From assembly GCA_964016885.1 (NCBI GenBank), contig OZ024740.1, forward strand, positions 136,958,001-137,022,000: a DNA stretch of 64,000 nucleotides, written 5' to 3'. This document shows positions 22,091 to 35,390 of the stretch, piece by piece. Below the pieces are notes generated by a model that ran no database searches, was not told the DNA's origin, and saw nothing but the letters and a program-made list of their open reading frames with translations. Each line of letters starts with the position of its first letter. Position 1 is the stretch's first letter. Source of the stretch: Eledone cirrhosa (taxonomy: Eukaryota). Position numbers and translations under genes: made by a program.

Positions 22091-24041
22091 TCACTTGATC
22101 GTCTGGTGAAGGGACCGTTGAATCGCCCTTCGGCTGGTCGTCGGCTCTTCTATGAGTATGTCCGAATATACTCTTCGGTTGATAGTTCCTCCTAGGTCTC
22201 TGAAATCACCAACTGCGTTGGGGAATTTCGTTTTAATGTTTGTGTATTGTTTCTGTGCTATTTTTAGCAGTCTTATGTTAGTTGGCGTTTTGATTGGTGC
22301 TGGTATTATGTAGTCGTGTTGTGAAATGTCTGTGTGTTCAATTATGTAAGTCATTAGTTTCTTGTTGTGTGTATTTATTGCCGTGCATTTGTTTTTCTGG
22401 GGGTGGTGTGTGGTTCTGCTATTTTCTTGTTGTTGCTGGGTGTGTGTGTTTTGTTGTTGTGTTTGCGATGTTGGTGCTTGTGGTGGTGGTGTTGAAGGTG
22501 TTGTTGGCGGTGGGGTTGTCGCCGGTGGTGATGGTGGTGCTAGTGTGGGTGGTGATGGTGTTGGTGGTGTTGCTGCTGTGAGTCTCTTTGCAGTAGACTT
22601 TACCCTTTTTTCATTTCTTTCCTCCCTTTTCAAAGGTGACGATGCGCTGCTTCTGCGTTTGTGCCTTATTACGACCTTTTGCCACCCCTCTCCCACCTCA
22701 CACTCCATGTCTGATTCTGTGAGGTCGGGGAGGGGTACCAGCTCCACTCTTTCACTTGTTGTTGTTGGTGATGTTTGCACTGGAGTCTCTGTTGCAGCTG
22801 CATTTGGTATTGCTGTTGTTGTTGTTAATACTTCCACTACTGCTGCTGCTTTTGATTTCCGTGGCGTGGGTATGGGTGCCACGGACCTATCGTTCCTGGT
22901 TGCCGCTTGTCCTGTTGCTGGTAGCCGTGGAGCCGGTTTCGGAAGGAGGGGGGTTTTCTCCTTTCTCAGGGTCTTCTCGTTGCAGAAGGCCTTGAGGTGA
23001 GTCTTCGATCCACAGCGAAAGCATTTCGGGCGTTTGCCCTCAACACTTATGGGCAGTTGAGTGCCGTTATCGAAGTCTATCACATCCGGGATAGCTTCGA
23101 TGTACTCCTGGTTGGTTTGGATTAACATCTCAATGGAGGTGCCGACCCAATCTTCTCTTACTTTTTTCTGTACTTGCAGTACAGTTGTTTTGTCCTCGAT
23201 TCCGACGAGGACAGTCGCGGCCAGCCGGGAGGGACGTGGGTCAGTTTGACCCTCACAATTTTTTGCCCGCAGTAGGAGGGCACCAACACCTTTTCCTCTC
23301 TCCTTAGGGTCACTACGGATTGAGCCTTTGCCTCCTGGGGTGTGGCAAAATGTACGTCTACGGTGGCATATTTCTTGCCTCGGGTGATGTGGCTCTTTCA
23401 ACCCTACGGGATTTTCTACTTACTGTATGGTACGTGACCGTACAGTGCTGTTGGGTTTCGAAACATTTTTCCGCTGCCTTGCAGATTGCTCGGTGTCCAG
23501 TTTTTCTCACCATCTTCTTCGCTTCCTCTAATTCCTCATTTGTTATGAGGATTGTTTCCAGGTTCTTCGCGATACCTGCAAACGAGATTGGTTTCTCTTT
23601 GCTGCTGTTGTTGTTGTCGTCAGAGCTGCTGTTACTTTTGTTGTTGCTGCAGGTACTACGACTACTGCCGCCGCCGCTGTTGCTGTGGTTGTTGTTGTTG
23701 TTGCTGCTGCTAATGCTGTTGTTGTTTATACTGCTGCTGATGCTGTTGCGGCTGCTACTGTTGTTTTCATTGTCACTGTTGCTGTTGTTATTACGGCTGC
23801 TACTGCTATTATTCCTGACGTCAGACGAATGAAATGGGTTTTCGGATTTCCCGCACACCTGTTTCGTCGTTGTCGTCGTCGAGAAATCTTGCACGCTTTG
23901 CACGAGACTTTTCTTTTCTGTCGTCGCTTGCGAAAGAGAAGGGAGGGAGAGAGACAATCTTCTCTCTGCTGTAGTGACAATTGAGGAAGAAGAAGACGGA
24001 ATGAGTGGGAGTGACCTATGAAAATTCTTTTTCGTAGCCAT
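22091..24041 (-). pseudogene. L1/Tx1 ORF1 (gag-like) with CCHC knuckle, frameshifted
   Basis: CFRCGSKTHLKAFC after VEGKRPK; S/N-rich N-terminus and P/T/Q-rich C-terminus; split over the ORFs at 23358-24077 and 22091-23401. Confidence 0.8.
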
Positions 24042-24274
24042 GTCGTTTTTTTTGTTTAAAATAAATATTGGGCACAAAACCCCAATAAGCAGTTATTTAA
24101 CCCCGAAGGGCCAAATAACGGGCAGAAAGACCCCTCTCACGAGGAGGAGGGTGTTTTTGTCTACAAGTTGGTTAAAGTTTTAAACAATTTACAATTGTTA
24201 TAGCGTTCAAAATTTACAATACCTTACAGAGCCGAGCCTCCGTCAACCATAGCATTCAATAATAATAATAATAA

Positions 24275-25027
24275 TAGCATTCAAGCCAATGTGATCAGAA
24301 ACGGAACTGACCCAAAATGTCGATTCTGCGATGATCATGTTGACACCATTGACCGCCTGGTTTCAGGCTGCAAAGTATTACGTCCCCACGAATATATAAC
24401 ACGAGGCATGACAGAGTATGGCAATACTTATACTGGGTAATGCGCAGGTTTTACGGTATAAAAACGGAGGGAAAATAGTACCCAGATGGAGTAACAAGAG
24501 GCGAGAATGTGACAATTCTATGGGATTTCCCAGTGAACACGGGCAGAATGATCAAGGTCAACAGACCTGACATAATTGTGATGAACGATGAGAAGAAAAC
24601 ATGCTTATTAATTGTTGTCAGCATTCCATCAGATCGTAATATCTCGAAAGAGTTCCGAAAGCAAAGTAAATATAAAGATGTAATAATTGAAATTGAGAAA
24701 ATGTGACATCTTAAAGTGATAATCGGCGCACTTGAAATGATAAAAAAGGGAACTTAAAAATATTTGGACCAGTTACTTGGAAAGCCATCTCTGTAAGAGA
24801 TACAAAACATAGTGCTGACTGGCACTGTCCATATCCTGAGAAAGGCATTATCGATTTAAATATCTTGCAAAGATATTTACTGTTGTTTATTGCCTCATTT
24901 GTATGACAATTGATTGTAAAATGTGTGTATTACGAAATTTTTACTCAGGTGTCAGGTTGATACTCGACATGATATGGGAAAGAAGAATTTGATGAAGTTT
25001 CAAATAATAATAAATGTAATAATAATA
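24275..25027 (+). mobile_element. 5'-truncated R4/Dong-like element (CCHC + RLE) with TAA-rich tail
   Basis: CRFC..DTIDRLVSGC, RHD, ILWDFPV, NRPDIIV, KYKD, LRKAL*; several stops; (AAT)n on both sides. Confidence 0.85.
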
Positions 25028-25039
25028 AAAGAACAACAT

Positions 25040-25480
25040 TTTATAGGCAAAACAAGATTTTTGAAACATAACAAAAGACTATAGAGAAATAGAGAAAATA
25101 TGAAATAGAAAAAAAAAGCCACACTCAATGAACGAAGTATAAAGATTCTCGAAAAATATCTGTAGTAGAGAGATATACCAACACAAGAGTGGAGTAATAT
25201 CACAGAAGAAAGTGTCAAAATTACTTTAAAGAAATCACAAAAACGAAAATCACTTGGCCGTGACAAAGAGCCAATTTTTTGCTTTACCTATAAAAAATCA
25301 TGATTACCCCAATGGATCACAAAGAGAATAACATTCTTCTTATTAAAAAATGACGAAACCTAAGAATTACAGACCGATAACATGCCTGTCCACCACATAT
25401 AAACTCTTAACATCACTAATCAATGACCTCGTGTCCCGATTTCTGTAAGAAAGTAATGTATTACCAATAGAACAAAATAT
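25040..25480 (+). pseudogene. R4/Dong-like RT N-terminal fragment
   Basis: NYRPITCLSTTYKLLTS...VLPIEQ and KSLGRD, with stops. Confidence 0.7.
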
Positions 25481-25939
25481 TAAAGAAATAACACCACTAG
25501 GCACTGCACTCATAACTAGGTAGAGTACCATAGGACTTAAATATATATACACCATATACAAAATAACTATACGAGTACTGGGCACATATAATACAAAACA
25601 ACACATCATGATATCTACCATAAATAAATTATTGTTAATTTTTCCATTTGAATTAAAAAAATAATTAGAAACTAAAGTCAGTAATATTAAATATTTTCAA
25701 GGTATGCAACAATTTTTATCAGTATTTTTATCATCATTTCACTAATATAGCAACACAGAAGTATATTCCGTAATTCTGCTTATTCAAATTTCTAGATCCG
25801 TGTATATCGACAGAATTTCGATTTTTTTCCGGGCGATCAATATATCTACAAGAGTATAGAAATTTCCATTCTAGTCATTGCTTTGATTTCCTTGACAGTC
25901 TGAACAAGCTTGTCCCAGATCATCGTAGCAAAATCATTA

Positions 25940-26300
25940 TCATGTACCATGTTTGGTACATATGTATAACATTTACTCATTTTCAGTGTTGACCCGAAAG
26001 TGGCATTTGACATAATTGTCGACTCGATTGTATACTCGACCTTGGCAAGGATTTGACAGCCGGAAATAAAGCGGTCAATTGTTTTATTGCACTGGTTTTA
26101 TAGTCTCTATTTGGATGTTTGCATGGTGTTTCATTATTCTATTTTTGTAATTATTTGTATTTAGGCATTCGTCGTGTTCAGCTAAAATCAGACCTGTTTT
26201 TACTTTTGCTCCAGGTCCTTCGCATCAGTGTTGGCTGTCGCTCTGCCTTATTTCCCCTGTCGAGTATTTCAGGATATTGGTAATGGAGCGGTTTCATCTT
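25940..26300 (-). pseudogene. Degenerate R4-like CCHC-region fragment
   Basis: Minus frame TIDRFISGCQILAKVEY. Confidence 0.5.
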
Positions 26301-26309
26301 CTAAAATAA

Positions 26310-26872
26310 TAATATTAATAATTGTTTTCCCTTTGTAAGGTTTCTCTAGTAATCATTTGATAGTTGAAGCGTGTTAACTGGCCTCAGATCAGTCCCTGAT
26401 CTCAGAGATTCAATATATCGCATAGGATTCTGGCAGTGTTAGTGATGGTAGAAATGTGGGCATTGCCTATAAAGTCGGGTATCCCAAGGCTTTTGATGTA
26501 AGATATTTAGGAACCAAGCCTAGGACCCCAATGACGATTGGCACGTCGTCTGTCTCTATATGGGGCTCAGTTCTAATAGTACCTGCAAGGTCTGCATACT
26601 TATTGATCTTTTCCATTTCCTTTTCAGCCACATTGTGGTCTTGAGAGATCGCAATATCTATTAGAGCCCTTGGAAGGGGGGGGGGATACATCAAAATTAG
26701 GGCATTTGTGTTAGACTTTGTGGTCTTGAACTCAAGGTCCCCAAATAACTCTACTACCTCAACTGATAGGCATGATTAAAGAGGAGTATGTTCGGACCAC
26801 TGACATTGCGTTTCGATGTCCTATTTTTGCACAACTCCCAATGGACTCTTTTTGCTATAAGGTCATGTCGAA
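26310..26872 (-). mobile_element. Degenerate R4/Dong-like RLE 3' fragment
   Basis: RHDLIAKRVHWELC, LIDIAISQD...EKINKYADL, VPIVIGVLG; TAA-type tail. Confidence 0.8.
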
Positions 26873-27009
26873 TTTTTAAAATCAGAACCAATTGGGTGAA
26901 AGCTAACATCAATGGACAAAATTGCAGAGTATTCCATAAAGCAGAAGTAAGTTTGTTGTTTTTACATATTGAAAACACCGTTTTGTTAATTTTCTTCGTT
27001 ACAAAGGGG

Positions 27010-28690
27010 CTATAAGGCGCCAGTCTTATCCCTCAAGAAGGGAGACCCCATAATATTTGGGATTTTTGCCCAAATATTTGAACTATACAATTTGAATTTA
27101 CGCTTACAACATTTTTTTAATGGAGATGACACCTCCTCCCCATCCAGCCAGAGCAGCAACGAAATCATGTCACGTGACAGCGCCTTGGACTAGAGTCCAA
27201 CTATTGACAAGAAGAAGAAGAAGAACAACAACAACAACAACTTAGCATTAGAAAAGTATATGACTGGATTCCGGAATTGAACACCGTCAGCGCCACTACA
27301 AAACCTACAAACTAATAATACGAACGCAACAAAAAACAGCACGGGATCAAACACTTATATCACCACTGCCACCATTAACACCACCATCACCACCACCACC
27401 AAACACAATCTAAATTACAACACTATAATTACAAAAACCGATTACCCCCCCCCCCCAAAAAAAAAAAGATCACACTGCCCACATATATACAGATCATACA
27501 CATCACACAAGAATCATACATCAATTAAAAGCAAAATTGCCCAATGCAATTAGGGACTTCCGCACCACATTATTCAAGCGGATATACTCAGACATCCACG
27601 TGGAGGTGCCCTCAACTGGCTGGGAGGAAGGATCATCATTCCTTCCTCCATACAAACAGGGTAAGTAACTCCATCTTACTTTTCCTCATCTTTATCTAAC
27701 ACGGCCTTATTTAGGATAGGCAGTGTAAATGCACGTGGTCTGGAGTCACCTTGGAAGCAGAGCCACTTGCCCAACGACCTCAGGTCACTGAACATAGACG
27801 TGTTGGCCATCAGCGAGACTTGAATTTCCGAGATAGGAGCCTTCGCACTCATTTTCGGCGAATACGAGGTGTACGTATCTCCAAGCCGTCCGGGATCTGG
27901 AGTGGAATCGCTGTGCTGTTTTGGAAAGGCATAGATCTCACGGTACATACCATCTTTATGGACTTAGAAGGTAAGTTGGTGGAGCTGGACATGACCAGCA
28001 GCAGAGAGTATGCCTTCAGGCTAGTGGCTGTCTATACCTCAACAGGGATAGGATTGCCTGATTTCTTTAGGTGCGTGGAGAACTTTCTAGGAACGTCCCG
28101 ACAAGGCGACTGGAACGGTATCTTAAACGCACACTGGGACCATGTGGTACTAGCAGATAGGGGAGGTGGGTGCAAAAGCCTCTCAAACGTGCTCAGATGT
28201 TTCCAACTGTCTGACAGGTGCTGACTGGATTCCCCGAAAGTGCCAATGTTGATACGGTCAAACTGCATCGAGTCATCCAGATCGTATCTAGATAGGGTAT
28301 TCTGTAGAGAAATAGATAAGGCTAGCATAGGGTGTCCACATTTCAAAGTTGTAGACTACACAGATCACAAATTTGTGATCTATATGGTCGACTTAGATAG
28401 ATTTCATAGACAGGGACCCGGTTACTGGAACCTGAACGCATCGTTTCCGACGCGTAAAGATTACAGAGTCCGGATTAGCGAATTAGTTAAGCAGGCGTTG
28501 AGGAGGTGAATCGTCAACAGCGGCGAGTGATTCGCTCTGAAAAGGGCAATTAGAGTAGAATCGATAAGATTTAGTAAATGAGTAGCGATAGAGAAAACTA
28601 GACTAGAGGGAAAACGAATTAGAATGTTCAAAAAGGTGCTTAGGAAAGGCATCGCAGCCAACTTGCTCACGGCGAGATTGGCGCAGGAGA
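27010..28690 (+). mobile_element. Older degenerate L1/Tx1 copy (5' UTR, deleted ORF1, APE), inverted relative to the 20-24 kb copy
   Basis: RIGSVNARGL, DLEGKLV, RLVAVY, GDWNGIL, SYLDRVFCRE, YTDHKFV, with stops and frameshifts. Confidence 0.88.
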
Positions 28691-29426
28691 AAATCTTCCA
28701 GCCTACTTTCAACTACTGAAATGCCTCGACAAGTTCTTGAGAAAAGATTCTTCCTAGCAGAGCTGCACGAAAAAAAAAAAAAAAATATGACATCCATAGC
28801 TTAATCCATATTAAAGAACGAAGAAAAAAAAAGAAAGTTGTTATCGGGCATAAGAAAAGCTTTTGCCGTTTTCGGGATACTAAGATATGATACTACCTCG
28901 AGGTAGTCGGAAGCCTGAGAGGCGAGCAGCAGAGACTGTAACAACACCAACAACAGGTGCAGCAGCAACAACAGCAGGTTACAGAATCTGTTGTTCTCCA
29001 GGTTCTACAGATCACAACTCTCGAAATGGCAGACGAGATCGCTTCAACCTCAACCTCGAGCTGAGGAGCAAGACACTGACCATGAATTCGTCTAGGAAGC
29101 CAACTATCAGGAAGTCGAGGACTTATAATCTGAGAATTTGACTGTAACCTGGGATTAGATTACTACAATACTGAAAATATCAGGCATTCTGAAATTAAGG
29201 GATAAGTTCCTTAATAATGTTTATTTATAATTTCACGAATTAACAAATATTTTTGATAGAGAATTTATTAAGTTCAGTTCTATTTTTAACTATCCACCAA
29301 TTATATGGTATAGAAATATATATATTTTCTATAACAATACCTACTTTAAATATATAAATAGTTTGAGACCCAACAATTATGTAACAATAACCTCTTGGTA
29401 ATATTATCCGATTACCAATATTGTGG

Positions 29427-29648
29427 GGCGGTGGATTGGCAGAATCGGTAGAGCGTTGGACAACATGCTTAGTGACATAGAGTTATGGTCCTTTATGTTC
29501 TGAGTTCAAATCCCGCCGCGGTTAGCTTTGCCTTTCATCCTTACGGGGTCGATAAAATAAAGTACCAGTAATGCACTGGGGTAGATTTAATCGACTTTCT
29601 CTTTCCTCCAAAATTATTGCCTTGTGCCTAAGTCAGAAACCAATATTA
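29427..29648 (+). mobile_element. Full-length tRNA-derived SINE (MESC/Meta-type central domain suspected)
   Basis: A-box TGGCAGAATCGG, B-box GAGTTCAAATCC, core CCTTTCATCCTTACGGGGTCGATAAAATAAAGTACC. Confidence 0.88.
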
Positions 29649-30248
29649 TCCGTGATTCTAATATGTGGCTTTCACTATATATTAAGAAAATGCTCTTTAT
29701 GCTTGATTCCAAAAGTGACATATTCTTAGGCGGTTAAATTTTAACACATTAATTGAAATTACCATTAAAATGTTAATTACATATAATTAGGTGTTCACAA
29801 TTCGCAAGGACCACCGAATATTTAAAAGCATATATATTTTTTGTGAGACATTCAGATGTTATTTTTCTTAACAAGAGGTCTCCAAGTTTTATATACAAAC
29901 TGGCCTTACCAAATCTAAACCTGGCACTGTTTCTAAGGATAACTTTCTCCCATTCAACCACACCCGTCGAGGCTTTAGAAAAAAATCAAGGTCACGACCG
30001 ACCCTCCTCTGACTAGACCAGAAAACCACTTTAAGATAATAACATTACTCTTTCGATTATCTGATTAATTTCAATTTTCCAGACTTTTGCTTTTAAATTG
30101 TTTCATCTTTTTCCTCAATCATACATACACAATACTAAAATATGTATGTAATAAAATATTGAAAACCAATTATTGTAAAATATAATTTTGTAACGGAATT
30201 CTTTAACAATCAAATAAAATAGTTATATATCATTTCTCCCCGCCCCCT

Positions 30249-30282
<34 letters not shown>

Positions 30283-30778
30283 CATATATGGCTTTTTGCT
30301 ACAATGTTTTCTATACCTTTCATTTATATGTATGTATATATATATATATTATATATATATATATATTTATATATATAAATATATATATGCATGTATATGT
30401 ACATATAAATATATATATGCATGTATATGTATACACACATACACACATATATATGTGTATGTGTGTGTGTTTGGGTGTGTAGGTGTGTGTGGGTGTGTGT
30501 GTGTGCATAATTTTGTAATGTAATAACTTTAAACAATCAAATATAAAACAACTCATTTATTTCTCTATTTTGCATATGAATATTAATAGACAAAATCATC
30601 AAAGAATACTAATGAAAATTTAATCAAAATTAAAGAAAGAAAAATATTTAACCATATAGAAAGGTATAAAAGTATACTTCTTTAAGGGCATTAGTAATAC
30701 TAACCGATTATTGATAAGTTTGAAACTAATCTAAAAACATGTGGTTCTTAAGTCAATTCAGAATTAGGATTTAGTATT

Positions 30779-30970
30779 GGCGGTGGATTGGCAGTATCGG
30801 TAGAGGGTCGGACGACATGTTTTGACGCATAGACTTACGGCCCTTGCCATTCTGAGTTCAAATCCCGCCGAGGCTAACTTCGCCTTTCATCCCTGCGGGG
30901 TCGATAAAATAAAGTACCACTAATGCACTGGGTAATTGCTGGCCTTGTGCCAAAATTAGAAACAATTATT
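30779..30970 (+). mobile_element. tRNA-derived SINE, short subfamily
   Basis: Same head and core; lacks the ~30-bp segment before AATTGCTGGCC. Confidence 0.88.
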
Positions 30971-31516
30971 GGTAGACAAATCCTGGGGTTACACACGAGA
31001 AAATGAAAACAAAATCACTACACACAACAGATTAAATATAGAATACATTAGGGGTTTCGGGAAGCAATTGCTAAATAAATTATTTGTTTATTAACAGTGT
31101 TTTGTTTTATTGCGATACCTTGTTACAGAGTATATAGATTTTAGTCAATACTATGTATACAAACAGATGCAAACACATCATATTGACATAATATATGTTC
31201 GTGCGGAGATAAAGAGAAATCAGGCAGATTAGTTCCAATCTGTTGTTGACATATTCACTTAAACTCTTCACGGATACAATGCTCATAATCTCACTACTAC
31301 TAAGGTTTTAGATAAATCAGATAGATGAATTATATATAACACATTCTTGGCTGCTAGTTCAATTGATAAAATTACTGGAACGTTAACAAAGTTATGTTTC
31401 AATGCTATACTATACAGTATATATAAAGATTTTAGTCAACAATGTATGTATAAACAGATGTAAACATCTTGTCTTTTATACAGTATATTTGAGGACATTA
31501 TTCACATACATTCACG

Positions 31517-31579
<63 letters not shown>

Positions 31580-32162
31580 GTGAACACATAATTACATATT
31601 TGTATGGTGTGGAAACATTCATCAACGCGAAAACAAACAAACACACACATACAAAGTACAAAAGCAAAACACTGGCATGTGCCTCCAAGACTCATATGGC
31701 AGCGCTCAATTGTAAAATTAAAGCGCGCAATAAAAATTAAACTACTGGAAAAAAGAAAACAAATTGTGAAGAAGAGAAGGACACAGCTATATTAAGAAGC
31801 TGTCACATACATCAAGTTGTGCCACTAAGAAAATGAGACATTGGTTTTTATTTTCAATGTACATAAACAAATGCAGCATGACTGAATGGTTAAAGTTGAA
31901 TCTCACTGTGTGCTATTCTGGGCAAGTGTATTTTATCATTACCTCGAACGAATTAAGTCTTCTGAGTAAAATTTCAAATTTTCAATGCCCTAGGGAACGC
32001 ATTAGGCGATTTAGCGACCTCTCTCTCTCTCTTAATCTTTCTCTTTTTAGATAAATACATAGATATAACGTTGCGCCCTTATAATATCTATCTGTATGTC
32101 TGGCTGTTTGCATTAGGACATTATGACGCGGTGTGTGTGTGTGTTTATATGTATATATATAT

Positions 32163-32194
<32 letters not shown>

Positions 32195-32866
32195 GTGTGT
32201 AACGTTTTTCGAAATATTTACTTCTGCGTTCACAGATTGATTTTTTTTATTTTAGTTTCAGAAGATCCCGTTAAGGGTGAACGCAGCGATTCTTTGCTTA
32301 AACTTTAATCTGTTATTTTAATATACAGCATATATATATATATAATTATATATTCGTGTACAGATATTTTTGCATACACAATAACAAAATATAAACAAAC
32401 GTATTTATTTCATGAGGCTCGATAAGGATAAATATATATCAAATATATAAGAACCCTAGAGCAAATCCCGAGCAACGCCGGGCCATTCTGCCACTAAATC
32501 TCTCTGAGAATTACGTCATGGGTTGACCGTACAACTAAAATCATCAACATCAAAACCGACATAGGTCCATTTATTTATTTTGTTTAAGCATGAGTTGAAA
32601 CAGGCAAAAAAAGGAGTAAATGTGTAGAATATATCTAAGGTTAACAGATCCTCTAGGACAGAGTTTGATAAACTTTTTCACAATGGCAACATACTTAACA
32701 AAATTGATAAATATATAATTAAATACCATATCACATGACATCAGTCACGTGTCTAATTGTATGTTGAGTGTTTATTAAAAAAAAATATAAACATACTTCA
32801 CAGCCAAATATTAGTAAAAATTGGTCAAATTTGATTTAATTAGAGATTATCGGTGACACACTAAAC

Positions 32867-33195
32867 CAGAGGTTTTCAAACGTTTTGGGCCACCGCTCCA
32901 CTCTCGGCCATGTAATACCCTCAGTGTTCCCCAACCCTATTTCCAGAGAGACCTGCCTACACGCAAATTGTAAATAATATATATTAAATAAAATCGTTAA
33001 TTTATATATAATAAATAGTATAATATATACTATGTATAAATAAATATTATACATTTCTTATTTTACTATATTTATATATATGTAGCATTTGATATTTAAT
33101 ATACTAATATATATCATCTCTATCGCCCCCCCCCCCCGTAGGCACCAGTGCCCTTGGACCCTGGGTGGCGCTAGCGCCCACTTTGAGAACCTATT
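32867..33195. mobile_element. hAT/Charlie-like MITE
   Basis: Imperfect TIRs CAGAGGTTTTCAAA / TTTGAGAACCTATT; flanks CACTAAAC / CTCTAAAG resemble a decayed 8-bp TSD. Confidence 0.6.
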
Positions 33196-33694
33196 CTCTA
33201 AAGTGTCTCGTCATCCAATTGGGAAACTTCTGATCTAAGTGAAAAGCAACTAACATTGAAAGATATACAAAGTAAAAAAAGAAAAAAAATCATGGAAGAA
33301 AGACGTTATGCAAATAGGATCAACTGTCTTTGTTATAATTTTTCAATTTTTCAAAATATTTTCATTTAGGTATCGATACAGTAGTTTATTTTATCTTGAA
33401 AAATTTATCACGAGTATTGAATAAACTTGACAAATGTGCGGAACAATAAAAGTACACTCCTTGCAAATGACGTTAGATCTGTCGAACGTAAGACAATCTT
33501 TGGGATAGTTAAGAGGATTAAAGAAAACAAATAAGACATCGTAATCAAAATTGTGTAGAAAAGGAAGACTTTCATTTTATCGACACGAGAGGTAAACTTC
33601 ACCGAAATAGAGGAAAGGTGTCACATAATATTGATGACTACTTTTTCTCCCCATGACCAATTAATTTGTCGTACTAAATCTACAGTCTTTAGCT

Positions 33695-33925
33695 ATATAG
33701 CTAAGTAGTTTTACAACAACGCAGTTTCGATTTCCGTCCCATTGCGTGGAACTATGGGAACGTATTTTTATACGATAGCTTCTGGTTGATCAATTCCTTA
33801 TGAGTGAATTTAGGCCGAGTGGTTATAGAATTGGATTCGCAATCGTGAGATTGTGAGTTCGATTCCCGGACCGGGCGATGCGTTATGTACTTGGGAAAGA
33901 AACTTTATTTCACGTTGCTACTTCT
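33695..33925 (+). mobile_element. Two old tRNA-SINE fragments of other families
   Basis: GGCCGAGTGGTTA...GAGTTCGATTCCCG head at 33813; upstream GTCCCATTGCGTGG... resembles octopus OK-type SINE (from memory). Confidence 0.55.
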
Positions 33926-34032
33926 ACCTGGAGTTGCGACAAATAGATAATATTAGCAATTGGAAAGACCAATGGAAACATTGCTTCCTCGGTCCGATTT
34001 GACGAAAGTCGATCGACTGTCGATATATACTG

Positions 34033-34109
<77 letters not shown>

Positions 34110-34114
34110 TTATA

Positions 34115-34412
34115 TATATATAGAGAGAAGTAGAACACTGGAAGATAATATCCGTAGTGGTAGAACACTCAGTCCATGGGACGAGTTTGGTAGAAGTAGT
34201 AACGCAACAGTGAGTTCACCATACCGAGAACAATTGTTTCACCTCATACGGATCTTCAGCTCGGACAGAGGATCCACATAAGGTGAAATAATTGTTCTCG
34301 GTATGGTGAACTAACTGTTGCGTTAATACTTCTACCAAACTCGTCCCATGGACTGAATACTCTACCACTATGGGTATTATCTTCTAGTGTTCTACCTCTC
34401 TCTCTCTATATA
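34115..34412. repeat. Imperfect fold-back (~135 bp arms) of a PLE tail
   Basis: CAGTCCATGGGACGAGTTTGGTAGAAGTA... mirrored by TACTTCTACCAAACTCGTCCCATGGACTG. Confidence 0.9.
34224..34264 (-). ncRNA. Minimal type I hammerhead ribozyme
   Basis: Minus strand: CCGAG CTGAAGA tCC GTATGA GGt GAAAC AATT GTT CTCGG. Confidence 0.8.
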
Positions 34413-34419
34413 AATATAT

Positions 34420-35028
34420 ATGGTGGCTGCCAACTCGTTTTCGAGTACGGCCACTACTTTATATCCATGTAGGAGAAGCCCTACCGATGCGCTGAACGAG
34501 TGTGACGTTTTAGTCCAGCCAGCGACTTGAAAACTCTGGTACAAACACTACACCTGTGACAATTATTGACACATAGTGCTGGGCCCATGGTACCATGTGA
34601 CGACACGTGCAGAGAGATCTCCAGATATAAAGCAATGCCTGTGCCGTGAAGCTTTTATAGTGAGCAAAGGCACTGCACAAAGCCAGTCCCACTCTCTTAA
34701 CCAAGATGATATTTACCAAAAAGAAGAAAAGTCCACATCATTGGATACCATCAGGGTTGCAGGTGTTATATCAGAGTTTTCCTTCTCCTAGAATTCTGCC
34801 TTGACAAAGGCTAAGGGGTCATCTCTCCCGGTGATTTTGGATGGCTATTGACTCTTAAGAGCTCCTTTGCCCTTTGACAGGTTTTGTTTTTAGTCCTGCA
34901 GGATGTCCAAAGTCATCCTCCTCACCAAGAAACCTTGGTAGGGTGCCAGTTTAGTCGCCAACGATCCGACCATGGGACAGGTTGTACTAGGATACATGTC
35001 ACCAGTAGCACCAACTGGTGACCTGACA
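34420..35028 (-). mobile_element. Probable LINE (RTE-like) 5' leader fragment
   Basis: GC-richer non-coding block with GAGTTTTCCTTCTCCTAGA and CCAGTTTAGTCGCC motifs recalled from RTE 5' UTRs; bounded by TA tracts. Confidence 0.4.
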
Positions 35029-35267
35029 TATATATATACATATATACATATATATATATAGATATATATATATACGCACACACACGTATATATATATATA
35101 TATATATATGAAAATATGGGTGAGAAGAATACTGCTGGTTGCACGTGGATAACATGTTATAAAACGAGTCCCTCATCAGTGATTTACCAAACGATCATGG
35201 GTATTTCATCGCATTAAACAACAGGTTCTATTTGTGTATGTATTATAACGTAGTAGATCAACAATAG

Positions 35268-35390
35268 AGATCGATCAAATAAGTACCAAACTGAAGCTTA
35301 AGTACTGGGTTCAATATTATCGACTGAAACTCTCGAAGACGGTGCCCCAGCATGTCCGTAGTCCAGTGATTGAAATCAGTAAAAGAGTTA
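35268..35390 (+). mobile_element. Old SINE 3' fragment
   Basis: TCGATCAAATAAGTACC...GGTGCCCCAGCATG...GAAATCAGTAAAAGA. Confidence 0.55.

Larger units (their letters stand above)
20216..24258 (-). mobile_element. L1/Tx1-type LINE: 5' UTR, ORF1, APE endonuclease and first half of RT; 3'-truncated
   Basis: ORF1 and ORF2 motifs listed in the two entries below; a homologous copy exists at 27-28.7 kb. Confidence 0.9.

Noticed and set aside
22294-23984. Plus-strand hydrophobic ORFs
   Set aside because: Antisense shadows of the low-complexity L1/Tx1 ORF1
29427-29520. tRNA gene
   Set aside because: A/B boxes belong to a SINE head; no cloverleaf
32466-32497. Helitron 3' hairpin CCCGAGCAACGCCGGG
   Set aside because: Terminal CTAG is absent and no 5' end is identifiable
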